A DNA stretch of 64,000 nucleotides from Candidatus Heimdallarchaeota archaeon (GTDB taxonomy: Archaea; Asgardarchaeota; Heimdallarchaeia; Heimdallarchaeales; Heimdallarchaeaceae). The position numbers and the translations under genes were made by a program. Shown here piece by piece: positions 19,097 through 28,129 of the stretch. Below the pieces are notes generated by a model. That model had not been told where the DNA came from, searched no databases, and worked only from the letters and a program-made list of their open reading frames with translations. The stretch is taken from contig JAEOTE010000027.1 in the NCBI GenBank assembly GCA_016839945.1, forward strand, positions 17,842-81,841. Reading direction: 5' to 3'. Position 1 is the stretch's first letter, and the number at the start of each line of letters is the position of its first letter.

Positions 19097-20239
19097 ATGA
19101 AGAAAGTTGTTATACTTGGTGGTGGATTTTCAGGGATATCAGTAGCTAATAAATTAGCTATGAAAACTAAAAGAAAGGACGTAGGAATCGTTCTTATTGA
19201 ACCTAGAGATCATTTGGTATATGAACCACAATTATTATTCTGGGCTTTTAAAAACTATCCTCTATCTAAATTTACTAAACCTGTCACCAAAGTGCTAAAT
19301 CCTCGAGTAACTTGGATTCAAACTAAAGCAACAAAGATTGATGATACTCAGAGAGCTGTTGAATTATCTAATGGTGAAACAATCTACTATGATTACTTAA
19401 TTATTGCAACTGGTGCAAGCATGGAAGAGGATAAAATAGGAGCAACACATGATGATAATGTTCATCACTTCTATCTTCCTAAAGCAACTGAAGAACTTCA
19501 AAAGTCTTTAAGTAACTTTGAGGGAGGAACAATACTAATCTCCCCAACAACTATACCTTTTAAGTGTCCTCCTGCTCCAAATGAGTTTGCTTTCCTTTTA
19601 GACAACTACCTTAGGAAGAGAGGAATCAGAGATAAAACAAAGATAAAATTTCTATATCCACTTCTACGAGCTTACCCAGTACCTTCTGTTGCTGAAAAAA
19701 TTCAAGAATTATATGAAAAACGTGGAATTGAATTTGTTGAATTTTTCAATTTTGAAAGTGTAGATAAAGATAACAAAAAAGTAATATCTTTAGAAGGAGA
19801 TGAATTCGAATACGATATGTTAGTTTTGGTACCTCCTCATGAGGGTCAAGAAGTGATAAAGAATTCCGGGTTAGGTGACAGAGAAGGATTTGTACATACT
19901 GATAGATTTACACTTAAGGTTAAAGAGAAAGAAAATATTTATGCTATTGGTGATTGTACTGATTTACCTGTATCAAAATCAGGAGCTGTATCACACTTCT
20001 CTTCTGGTACTCTAGTAAAAAACATTCTCTCCGAAATTAAAGGTAAATCTGCGAATCATAAATACAATGGCAAAACCATATGCTTTGTAGTAACCTCATT
20101 CCGAAGATCTCTATTATTAGATTTTAGTTACAATTATCCTCCAAGAAGATATGGGATACATAACTCGTTCATTTACGGTTTATTCAAAAAAGTGTTCAAA
20201 ATAGCATTCTTTCAAGTTTTAGTGAAAGGCTATATGTAG
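19097..20239 (+). CDS. sqr: Sulfide:quinone oxidoreductase-like FAD-dependent oxidoreductase
   Basis: GGGFSG Rossmann motif, YDYLIIATGA, FKCPPAP.E, AIGDC, PVSKSG, YNGKTICF (second Cys). Confidence 0.85.
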   Translation: MKKVVILGGGFSGISVANKLAMKTKRKDVGIVLIEPRDHLVYEPQLLFWAFKNYPLSKFTKPVTKVLNPRVTWIQTKATKIDDTQRAVELSNGETIYYDYLIIATGASMEEDKIGATHDDNVHHFYLPKATEELQKSLSNFEGGTILISPTTIPFKCPPAPNEFAFLLDNYLRKRGIRDKTKIKFLYPLLRAYPVPSVAEKIQELYEKRGIEFVEFFNFESVDKDNKKVISLEGDEFEYDMLVLVPPHEGQEVIKNSGLGDREGFVHTDRFTLKVKEKENIYAIGDCTDLPVSKSGAVSHFSSGTLVKNILSEIKGKSANHKYNGKTICFVVTSFRRSLLLDFSYNYPPRRYGIHNSFIYGLFKKVFKIAFFQVLVKGYM

Positions 20240-20249
20240 GTGAAAAAAA

Positions 20250-20489
20250 ATGTCAAATATAAAAATAGCAAAAACTCTAGATGCAAGAAACTTGAGTTGT
20301 CCCCTCCCTATTCTTAAGACAAAAAAAGCAATAGCTGAAATTGGAATAGGTGACTTTTTAGAAATTTTAGCAACTGATCCCGGATCAGAATCAGATTTTC
20401 AAGCTTGGACTAAATCTACAGGTCATGAGCTTGCAGATCACTCTCAAGATGGTGGGATTTATCGTTATATAATTAAAAGAACAAAATAG
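20250..20489 (+). CDS. tusA: TusA-family sulfurtransferase
   Basis: LDARNLSCPLP, ATDPGS..DF.AW. Confidence 0.93.
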   Translation: MSNIKIAKTLDARNLSCPLPILKTKKAIAEIGIGDFLEILATDPGSESDFQAWTKSTGHELADHSQDGGIYRYIIKRTK

Positions 20490-20499
20490 AGGTATTGAA

Positions 20500-20973
20500 A
20501 TGTCTGAAAAAAAGAAAAGAATCGCAATAATAGCTTCTAAAGCTGATATTCCTGGAGCTTATCCTCCCTTATTATTAGCTACAACAGCAGCTGCAATGGA
20601 CTATGAAGTAAGTATATTTTTCACATTTTTCGGTTTAAATCTACTGAAAAAAAAGAAATTGAAGAAAGTAAAAATAACACCTGCTGGTGAAACTGCAATG
20701 CCAATGCCAATTCCTCAAGTCGTTGGTATGTTACCTGGAATGACAGCAATGGCAACCAAAATGATGAAAAGCTGGATGAAAAAGGCAAATGTAGCAACTC
20801 TTCAAGAGTTAATGGACATAGCAATTGAATCAGGTGTTGAGCTTATAGCTTGTGAAATGACAAAATCAGTAATGCGAATAAAGGATAAACAGCTTATCGA
20901 TGGGTGTACACCTGGAGGAGCTGCAACTTTCTTAGAATATGCATCTGAAGCAGAAATAACACTCTTTATCTAG
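20500..20973 (+). CDS. DsrE/DsrF/DrsH-like (DsrE2-type) protein
   Basis: AYPPLLLATTAAAM, IFFTFFGL, LIACEMT, GAATFL. Confidence 0.9.
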   Translation: MSEKKKRIAIIASKADIPGAYPPLLLATTAAAMDYEVSIFFTFFGLNLLKKKKLKKVKITPAGETAMPMPIPQVVGMLPGMTAMATKMMKSWMKKANVATLQELMDIAIESGVELIACEMTKSVMRIKDKQLIDGCTPGGAATFLEYASEAEITLFI

Positions 20974-20981
20974 GTGATTTT

Positions 20982-21350
20982 TTGACACAAAAAGTTCTCA
21001 TTATGGTCACTTTTGGGGAAGATTATCCTGATAGACTAGAACCCCCACTTCATTTGGCAACCTTAGCTTCTACTCTTGATGCTGAAGTACAGATGGTGTA
21101 TACTGCTAGCGGTGGTTTATTGCTTAAAAAAGGAAATGCTGAAAGAATCATCCCGATGGAAGGGAAAGAACCATACATTGAGCATGTTAGACAAGTGAAG
21201 GAATTTGGTGTAAAAATCTTTGTTTGTACTCCAACTTTAGAAAGATATGGATTAACTAGAGCCGATTTCATTGATGAAGTTGATGACATAGTTGGAGGAA
21301 TGTACGCAATTACTGAAGCACTTGATTCTGATGTAACTTTTACATTCTGA
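20982..21350 (+). CDS. DsrE family protein
   Basis: GVKIFVC Cys motif; TTG start after the SD-like AGGTGA. Confidence 0.85.
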   Translation: MTQKVLIMVTFGEDYPDRLEPPLHLATLASTLDAEVQMVYTASGGLLLKKGNAERIIPMEGKEPYIEHVRQVKEFGVKIFVCTPTLERYGLTRADFIDEVDDIVGGMYAITEALDSDVTFTF

Positions 21351-21351
21351 T

Positions 21352-21768
21352 GTGAAGAAAATGACTTTTTCTCTTTCTTCCTTTGAATCGGATGATTTAA
21401 CTTGTTTTGATATTCTAAAGGTTTATTATGCTCTTACAAATATTGAGTTAGAGATACTATCTGCAGTTCATATAAATCAACCTATAGATATTAAGGGAAT
21501 TACTGAAATAATCCCAAAAGATAGGACTACAATTTCAAGATCAATTAAGAGATTGATGAGTATTGGTTTTGCAAAGCAAGATAGAATTTGTTTAGAAAAG
21601 GGAGGTTACAAATATCTTTACTCAACTCTATCAATAAAGGAAATTAGAGAAAAAACCACTAAATTAATTGAAAGGATAAACAATAGAATGATTAGTGCTA
21701 TATCTCAATTAACTGAAGAGAAATGTATACAGATTTACAAGGAAATAGAAGAAAAATATCCCAAATAA
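21352..21768 (+). CDS. Archaeal winged-HTH transcriptional regulator (TrmB/MarR-like)
   Basis: LTNIELEIL..KDRTTISRSIKRL..G..GGYKYLY. Confidence 0.85.
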   Translation: MKKMTFSLSSFESDDLTCFDILKVYYALTNIELEILSAVHINQPIDIKGITEIIPKDRTTISRSIKRLMSIGFAKQDRICLEKGGYKYLYSTLSIKEIREKTTKLIERINNRMISAISQLTEEKCIQIYKEIEEKYPK

Positions 21769-21830
21769 TAAATTCAGAACTAAAAGACTAATTTGTTATT
21801 TTTCATTTTAATCATTTATGCTTATTCAAA

Positions 21831-22727
21831 TTAGGTATAAAAGAGGGATAAGGATTTAACTAATTGAGCATGAAATTTATTTCTTCTTGAGAACGGAATA
21901 TCTAATTGATATCTTTTTGTGAATAGTTTTTGGAGTTCTTTATGCTCATCATAATATTTTCCAATTACCCAGTTTGCATGTTCTTTGAGAAGTTTTTCAT
22001 ACTCTTCTCTGACTATTAAATATATATACCAATCTAGATATTTTTCCTCTTCTTCTGCAATTTTTGTTATTTTTGATTGTAGATTGCTTATTTTTACTTT
22101 ATCTAAATATACTTCTTCTTTTGAGAAAAAGTAGAGTAAATTATGTACTAAGAATTTATTACAATTTTCATCAGAATAGCTTATTAAGGAAAAATCATAT
22201 GAAGCTTCGAAGGGTATAGCTTTATCAACAAGACTTACTAAATCTATTAAATCTTTAAGTTCTAAATCAGGTTGAACTATTACACGCGGTTCTATCATAG
22301 CAGCAACAATCAGTTCTCTAAGTGTTTTCATTTCTATTTTATCTAGTATTTCATTTTTCGATCTTCGAAAAGCATCTTCTTCTAACAATCCAGGTTCTTC
22401 GTTTATATCATCAAACAATTTTGTATGAGTTAAAGGTGAGGAATAGAAATTAAGTGAATTGAAGTTGTATTCTTCAGAAGGAATGATTAGACTATGTGAC
22501 AGAGCTTTTGGTCTCCCATATTGATCAAATCCGTCACTTCTAACTAGTTTCACAATGATATTTCCTGATTCATGAGTATATTTTGAAACATATTTAAGAT
22601 GAGGATGTTCCTTTGTTGAAAGTTCTGGCATAAAAACAATAGAATCTTTGGATAATTCTTCAGGTAAATCAGATAGAAAGATATGATAACCCACATTATC
22701 GTCTCTTCTTGCTATAACTTGGAACAT
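21831..22727 (-). CDS. Hypothetical protein with GAP1-N/uDENN-like N-terminal domain
   Basis: N-terminal GY motif and DQYGRPKALSHSLII (D..GR....sH.l) resemble GTPase-associated GAP1-N domains. Confidence 0.45.
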   Translation of the reverse strand: MFQVIARRDDNVGYHIFLSDLPEELSKDSIVFMPELSTKEHPHLKYVSKYTHESGNIIVKLVRSDGFDQYGRPKALSHSLIIPSEEYNFNSLNFYSSPLTHTKLFDDINEEPGLLEEDAFRRSKNEILDKIEMKTLRELIVAAMIEPRVIVQPDLELKDLIDLVSLVDKAIPFEASYDFSLISYSDENCNKFLVHNLLYFFSKEEVYLDKVKISNLQSKITKIAEEEEKYLDWYIYLIVREEYEKLLKEHANWVIGKYYDEHKELQKLFTKRYQLDIPFSRRNKFHAQLVKSLSLFYT

Positions 22728-22827
22728 CTATGTCTACTTAAGTTTAGTACAAATTTAATTTTTGTGATATTATTTTCATTAAAGTAGTTTCAAAATATTC
22801 TTAAGTATTGATTGGAAAAAATATTCA

Positions 22828-23859
22828 ATGTCTGAAAATCCACAACTCTCTGAATTGCTACTAAGAATTGAAGATTTAATAATAGAAAATAAAACAAATG
22901 ATGCTATAAAAATCCTTGAAGAAAGACTATTAGAATTCGAAGATTGTTCAGAAATTTTTAACGCATTGGGTGAGTTATACTTGATGGAGAACAATGCAAA
23001 TACTGCATTAAGATATTTGAACAGAGCACTAGAATTAACCCCGGAAGATTTGGATACTTTAGAGCTTCTTGGGGATGCTTACAATTCAATAGAAGAATAC
23101 AATCAAGCCAAAATCTCATGGATTAAAGTCATTGAAATAGACTCACGAAAATACAAAATCTGGCAAAAGTTAGGAGTGTTGTACTATGAAACTGGAGAGT
23201 ACGTAAATGCAAATCAAGCTCTATCCAAATTTTTAGAATTCGAAGAAGATGCAGAAATTTATAGCTTATTAGCTACAATCTTCCAAAAGATGGGAAATGA
23301 AATAGAGTGTTGGAACAACCTGATGAAAGCTGAAGAAATTGATCCCACTAATGACAGAATACTTGTCCAAATAGGTCAAACATATTTTGAGCTTGATAAT
23401 TTTGATAGGGCTGTTGAATACTTAATCAAAGCTTCAGAAGCTAATCCATCCAACTTGTCTGCTTGGTTTCAACTAGGAAAATCTTATACAGAAAAACAAA
23501 GTTTCGTACAAGCAATAGAGTCATTCTATAAAGTTATAGAAATTGATCCTGATAATGTGCTTGGATACTATAACTTAGCAAAAATTTACGCTGCTGATGC
23601 AAAAATCGAAGACGCTATCAAGTATTATAAAGAATGTTTGAACCATGATCCTTCTTTTGAAGATGCTTCATTATCCTTAGCTTCCCTTTATTGGGCTTCA
23701 AAAGAATTTGAAAGTGCATTATCATTGCTCCAAGAAGCTCTTCGATACAATGAAAGTAGTCAGATATTTCGTTTGATAGGGGACATATTTGAAGAGCTGG
23801 GAGAGATAGAAAAAGCTCAGAACAGCTGGGAAAGAGCATCAAAATTAGAAGAGGGATAG
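22828..23859 (+). CDS. Tetratricopeptide repeat protein
   Basis: Repeated 34-aa TPR pattern (LG..Y...g.y..A...y.kaleidP). Confidence 0.92.
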   Translation: MSENPQLSELLLRIEDLIIENKTNDAIKILEERLLEFEDCSEIFNALGELYLMENNANTALRYLNRALELTPEDLDTLELLGDAYNSIEEYNQAKISWIKVIEIDSRKYKIWQKLGVLYYETGEYVNANQALSKFLEFEEDAEIYSLLATIFQKMGNEIECWNNLMKAEEIDPTNDRILVQIGQTYFELDNFDRAVEYLIKASEANPSNLSAWFQLGKSYTEKQSFVQAIESFYKVIEIDPDNVLGYYNLAKIYAADAKIEDAIKYYKECLNHDPSFEDASLSLASLYWASKEFESALSLLQEALRYNESSQIFRLIGDIFEELGEIEKAQNSWERASKLEEG

Positions 23860-23912
23860 CTATTTTACGTGGAGCAGTTATTGAATTTACTCAAGAACTA
23901 AATGGAACCTAT

Positions 23913-24269
23913 ATGCTTTTTCTTGAGATAATTAAACCTTCTAATATTCAAATAGGAAATAAAGAAATTTTGCTTGAAAATGGATTCTATATCTATGTCG
24001 GAAGCGCTTTTGGAGGAGGGGGATTGTCATCCAGAATTCATAGGCACCTTCGAAGAGAAAAAAAATTACATTGGCACATTGATCAAATCACTTCAAAGGA
24101 CATATGTCAATTTCATGGTGTAGCTGTTTTCCCAAATGAAAAATCTGAATGTGAAATATCTAATTCATTATCTAGAACTAACAAGATAAGACCAATCAAA
24201 GATTTTGGTAGTAGTGATTGTACACAGAGATGTATTAGTCACTTCTTTTTTGTGGAACCTGAATCTTAA
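23913..24269 (+). CDS. DUF123 / GIY-YIG-like endonuclease family protein
   Basis: GFYIYVGSA, RIHRH, HWHID, ECE, FGSSDC..C.SH; the upstream in-frame GTY suggests an earlier start. Confidence 0.88.
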   Translation: MLFLEIIKPSNIQIGNKEILLENGFYIYVGSAFGGGGLSSRIHRHLRREKKLHWHIDQITSKDICQFHGVAVFPNEKSECEISNSLSRTNKIRPIKDFGSSDCTQRCISHFFFVEPES

Positions 24270-24290
24270 ACTATGTGCTAGAGAGACTTC

Positions 24291-25394
24291 TCAAGCAAGT
24301 AGATGTTTATTTCCTAGGTTTACGTTCTTCAAATGTTTCTTTGCAACTCTAAAACAGCTTTCTGCTTGTTCTCTAGATGTCAAAAGCATATCAGTAAATT
24401 CAAAGTGAGGATAGAAACCTAATAATGAATAAGGAATATTTTCATTTATGGATGCAATGAAAGATGCAATATTTTCTACTTCTTCTTCATCTATATAACC
24501 TGGAACTAAGAGAGTTGTTGCATTCAATACAGGAAGCTCAAGTCGTCTTTCAAAAAATGTTTCTCCTACATATCTGAAATTCTCCAGAACCGGTTTATTA
24601 TCTACACTTGTTAGAGCTTTGTGAATGTTGGTATCCCAAGCCTTCAAATCAAATTTTATATTTCCTCCAGAAAGTAGTGATAATTCAGCAGCTTTTTCAA
24701 CATATTTTTGCTTTCCAAAACCATTCCACTCCCAACATATTCTAGCAATTCTCTTTTGTTCTTTTGCTACTTCAATTATCCTTTCAGAAGTATGTATAGC
24801 GAAAGGAAAATGTGGTTCTGGAGAACCTCCAAAATAGCATACACAAGTTATGCTTTTGTTTGTTTTATAAACATCAACTAATCTATTTGTAGAGACTTTA
24901 GCTCCAACTTTGATATTCTTATGATTCTGATTCTGACAAAATAAACAATCAAAGGAGCAACCGTAAAAGAAGATTGAAAGATTATGATGTCCATACTCTT
25001 TTCCCTTTTTTGCAGCATATTCAGGAAAACCTGCTCCTGTTCCTGCTGGACAGAACCAAGCTGCACAACAATTACAGGGGAGGGGGTCAAGATAAAAATC
25101 TAAGATACCTTGATCGCTGCTAGGCAAAGAAATGAATTTTCCATCTTTATTATATCGTAATCCACAGAAGCTTTTTTCGTTAAATCCTATTCCACACATA
25201 TGATTACATAGTGCGCAGTTTGTATCAACACTATGTGGGGCAACAATTGGTAAATTCATCCTTTCTCTTGCTTTTTTATGAGCAATAGAAATATATTCAC
25301 CTGTTTTTTCCGGTTCTTTTCTTAGACAATCTTTGCATACTTCTAAAGTGTCAGCAATAAGACTTTCATTCCCACAAACTGCACAATTCTGCAT
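24291..25394 (-). CDS. Radical SAM protein (PFL-activating/AmmeMemoRadiSAM-like archaeal family)
   Basis: CSFDCLFCQN, FGGSPEP, DLKA, TLLVPGY; Cys-rich N-terminus; start taken at ATG 25394. Confidence 0.88.
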   Translation of the reverse strand: MQNCAVCGNESLIADTLEVCKDCLRKEPEKTGEYISIAHKKARERMNLPIVAPHSVDTNCALCNHMCGIGFNEKSFCGLRYNKDGKFISLPSSDQGILDFYLDPLPCNCCAAWFCPAGTGAGFPEYAAKKGKEYGHHNLSIFFYGCSFDCLFCQNQNHKNIKVGAKVSTNRLVDVYKTNKSITCVCYFGGSPEPHFPFAIHTSERIIEVAKEQKRIARICWEWNGFGKQKYVEKAAELSLLSGGNIKFDLKAWDTNIHKALTSVDNKPVLENFRYVGETFFERRLELPVLNATTLLVPGYIDEEEVENIASFIASINENIPYSLLGFYPHFEFTDMLLTSREQAESCFRVAKKHLKNVNLGNKHLLA

Positions 25395-25507
25395 TTTTTT
25401 ACTTCGTTCAGAGAGAAAGAACATCTGAAGAAACATAGAAATTCTACTTTGTTAATGTTGCGATTACTTTGAGAAAATTTATTTACTAGCACTTCAATCA
25501 ACTTATT

Positions 25508-25903
25508 ATGGCTCACACAGTTGTAGTTATTATACTAAACATCGTTTTCCTCTACATTTCTGCAGCTATTCTCTGTTCAATAATGTTTAGAAGAGATGCT
25601 AAGAAATGGAGCTGGCTTAACCTAATAATAGCAGGAATCTGTACTTTGGTTTGGGTATTCGCTCTGAATCTCCCATTAGGTAGTGCAGCTATAATTACAT
25701 TCGGAATTATCTTCTTCCTGATTTGTTGGGGACTATGGGTATTAGTAGGCGGTATTTCAGAGAGAAGATCTGTATATGCAGCAGCAGGTACTCTAGTAAT
25801 CTGGTTTCTGATAAGTTGGGTTTTTATGGTAATAATGACCCTTTTCCAAATAACATACTTCTCAGTTGCAGAATTTCCAACCTTAATACCATGGTTACCA
25901 TAA
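25508..25903 (+). CDS. Hypothetical 4-TM membrane protein
   Basis: Four hydrophobic helices. Confidence 0.65.
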   Translation: MAHTVVVIILNIVFLYISAAILCSIMFRRDAKKWSWLNLIIAGICTLVWVFALNLPLGSAAIITFGIIFFLICWGLWVLVGGISERRSVYAAAGTLVIWFLISWVFMVIMTLFQITYFSVAEFPTLIPWLP

Positions 25904-25912
25904 ACGGCTAAA

Positions 25913-27283
25913 TTAGGAGAAAAAGAGAACGAAATCTTCAAAATTCAATGGATAGGATAATCTATTTTCTATCCCTTTTTCTTCTGCATAGTTACTGATT
26001 ATAACTCTTTTATTTGCACATAGTTTTGAAACTAAGAAAATTGCATTTTTAAAATAAACATGATTTACTAAACATTCAATATGATTAATTTCTTCTATTT
26101 TCTTTATGTTCAACTTTGATTTCCAATCTTCACATGGTCCCCCACAATAATATCTAATTGGACATTCCTTACATTCTAAAGTAAATATATCTTTTGATTT
26201 TTTAAATTCAGTAATGTTGTTAGAAAATAATCCTTCAGACATTGAACCTATCTTATATTTCTCAATACCAATTAATCCAGAGCATGGATAAAAATTCATA
26301 TCTGGGCTAATGGCAATTTCATTCTTTCCTGCTAAACATCTTTTATAATATCTCTTTCTAGAGATTATTCTGTCAATGAATCTAGCGAGATAATCAGATG
26401 AACCAAGTTTATAAAGAAAATCTAGTAATTCCTCTTCATTTAATGATAGAAGTTTCTCTATTAGTTTTACTAGTTCAAGTTTAAAATCCGAAACTGATTT
26501 TTCTGTCCATGGTATTTTGGAATTTGGTGTAACTCTAACAGGTCTCATTGAAACATAATTGAATGATTTCATATAAGTTGAATAAGTGCTGAAGAGATTA
26601 ATCATTTTAGAATTTAAAGGTATAATGCAATGCTTTACAACTGTTGCATCAAATCTTGAAATATTTTTTAGTACAGTTTCAATCTGTTCTTTATTTTCAA
26701 GATCTAGTGATACATTGACATAACCATATTCATTGATGAAATCCACAAATTCATCTGACAAACTCATTAAATTTGTTGAAGCAGGAAAGAGATAGAAATC
26801 AAAATTATATTCTTTTTTAATCTGATTAACATACCGTTCTACTTCTTTGAATAATGAAAAGTCTAATGTAATTTCACTTGTGAAAAACATAGAAACTGCT
26901 AAAGGTGTAGTTGAATTTAGTTTGTTCTTATAATCTGCAAAATAACTGATTGTACGTTGTATATCAATCAGTGATATTCTTTCAAAATCTATATGATGAT
27001 AATCTCTTGAATAACAGTACCAACAATCTAAATTACACTCGAATGTTGGATTGATGACTATGTGTTTAATATCTTCTTTTAATTCCTTAATATCAATTAC
27101 AAGCTCTTTTGTCTGTTTGAAAAAATTGTATTTCTTCAATTGATCAATATTTGAAAGTAGACTATCATCTTCTAAATCCTTAACAAACCAAAACATCTGA
27201 GAGTATGGATCTAAGATAAAAAATTGATCATTAATTTCATACAAATACATATCATCTGAGGATTTGATCATATCAATCAGCAT
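25913..27283 (-). CDS. Radical SAM/SPASM-domain protein (peptide/protein maturase-like)
   Basis: CNLDCWYC; SPASM CLAG...YPC...CKECPIRYYCGGPC...C; N-terminal RRE-like strands YLYEINDQFFILDP. Confidence 0.88.
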   Translation of the reverse strand: MLIDMIKSSDDMYLYEINDQFFILDPYSQMFWFVKDLEDDSLLSNIDQLKKYNFFKQTKELVIDIKELKEDIKHIVINPTFECNLDCWYCYSRDYHHIDFERISLIDIQRTISYFADYKNKLNSTTPLAVSMFFTSEITLDFSLFKEVERYVNQIKKEYNFDFYLFPASTNLMSLSDEFVDFINEYGYVNVSLDLENKEQIETVLKNISRFDATVVKHCIIPLNSKMINLFSTYSTYMKSFNYVSMRPVRVTPNSKIPWTEKSVSDFKLELVKLIEKLLSLNEEELLDFLYKLGSSDYLARFIDRIISRKRYYKRCLAGKNEIAISPDMNFYPCSGLIGIEKYKIGSMSEGLFSNNITEFKKSKDIFTLECKECPIRYYCGGPCEDWKSKLNIKKIEEINHIECLVNHVYFKNAIFLVSKLCANKRVIISNYAEEKGIENRLSYPLNFEDFVLFFS

Positions 27284-27462
27284 GTTGATTCTGATTCAAG
27301 TCTTTCTTCATCATCTTGTAAAAACACAGCAACCTTCTCTAGCGCATCATCTTTTTTTTGAAATTTTCCAATAATTTTGTTATCTCTAGTGTCTTTAACA
27401 ACCCACCAGTTTTCTTCGTCTTTATAGATTTCAAAATCACCACAGGTTTCCTTATCTGACAT
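27277..27462 (-). CDS. Small acidic 61-aa protein overlapping the rSAM/SPASM start (candidate substrate or YegP/DUF2188-like domain)
   Basis: MSDKETCGDFEIYKDEENWWVVKDTRDNKIIGKFQKKDDALEKV...ESTC; its stop overlaps the rSAM ATG. Confidence 0.65.
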   Translation of the reverse strand: MSDKETCGDFEIYKDEENWWVVKDTRDNKIIGKFQKKDDALEKVAVFLQDDEERLESESTC

Positions 27463-27574
27463 AGTATCTATCGTCAAATAAACGAATTGCTATAAATGGT
27501 TTTCTTTCAAACTTCTTGATTAAATGAGACCAACAAAAAAACTATAAGTTAGAAAAATAGTGTCATGATACACA

Positions 27575-28096
27575 ATGACTGAACGTAATTACAAAATCTC
27601 GCTTTGTGGTAATCCAGGAGTGGGAAAAACATCACTTGCTATGAGACGAGCTCAAAATTCATTCCCAGAGTCTCATCAACCAACCCTAGGTTCTAACTTT
27701 TTTATTTGGAATACACAGATTGATGCAAAGGACTTAAGACTCATAATAGCTGATTCAGGCTCTCAAGAAAGGTTTTACTCCATTCTCCCTAAATATTTTC
27801 AAGGTTCATTTGCAGCTGCTATTGTTTATGATATAACAGACAAAGAAAGTTTTGAAAGACTTGATTTTTGGATAGAAAAACTGAAAGATAGTGTAGGAGA
27901 TATACCATTCATTATTGTTGGTAATAAATTAGATCTTGAAATGGATAGGGTGATCTCAAAAGAAGACGGAGAAAAATTTGCAGAAGGATTAGGTGCAGAA
28001 TTCTTCGAAGTTTCAGCAATGAAGAAAACAAACTTGAGTCAAATGTTTACAAATTTAGCACGAACAGTCATTGATCAAGATAAAGATACTGAATGA
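27575..28096 (+). CDS. Rab-like small GTPase
   Basis: G1 GNPGVGKT, G2 PTLG, G3 DSGSQERF, VYDIT..SF, G4 GNKLD, G5 VSA; no C-terminal Cys. Confidence 0.93.
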   Translation: MTERNYKISLCGNPGVGKTSLAMRRAQNSFPESHQPTLGSNFFIWNTQIDAKDLRLIIADSGSQERFYSILPKYFQGSFAAAIVYDITDKESFERLDFWIEKLKDSVGDIPFIIVGNKLDLEMDRVISKEDGEKFAEGLGAEFFEVSAMKKTNLSQMFTNLARTVIDQDKDTE

Positions 28097-28129
28097 GATT
28101 AAATTTTACTAATTTGAGGAGAATCAAAG

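Noticed and set aside
23913-24269. GIY-YIG protein as a homing endonuclease or mobile element
   Set aside because: It matches the short stand-alone DUF123 type common in archaea; no intron, intein or terminal repeats flank it.
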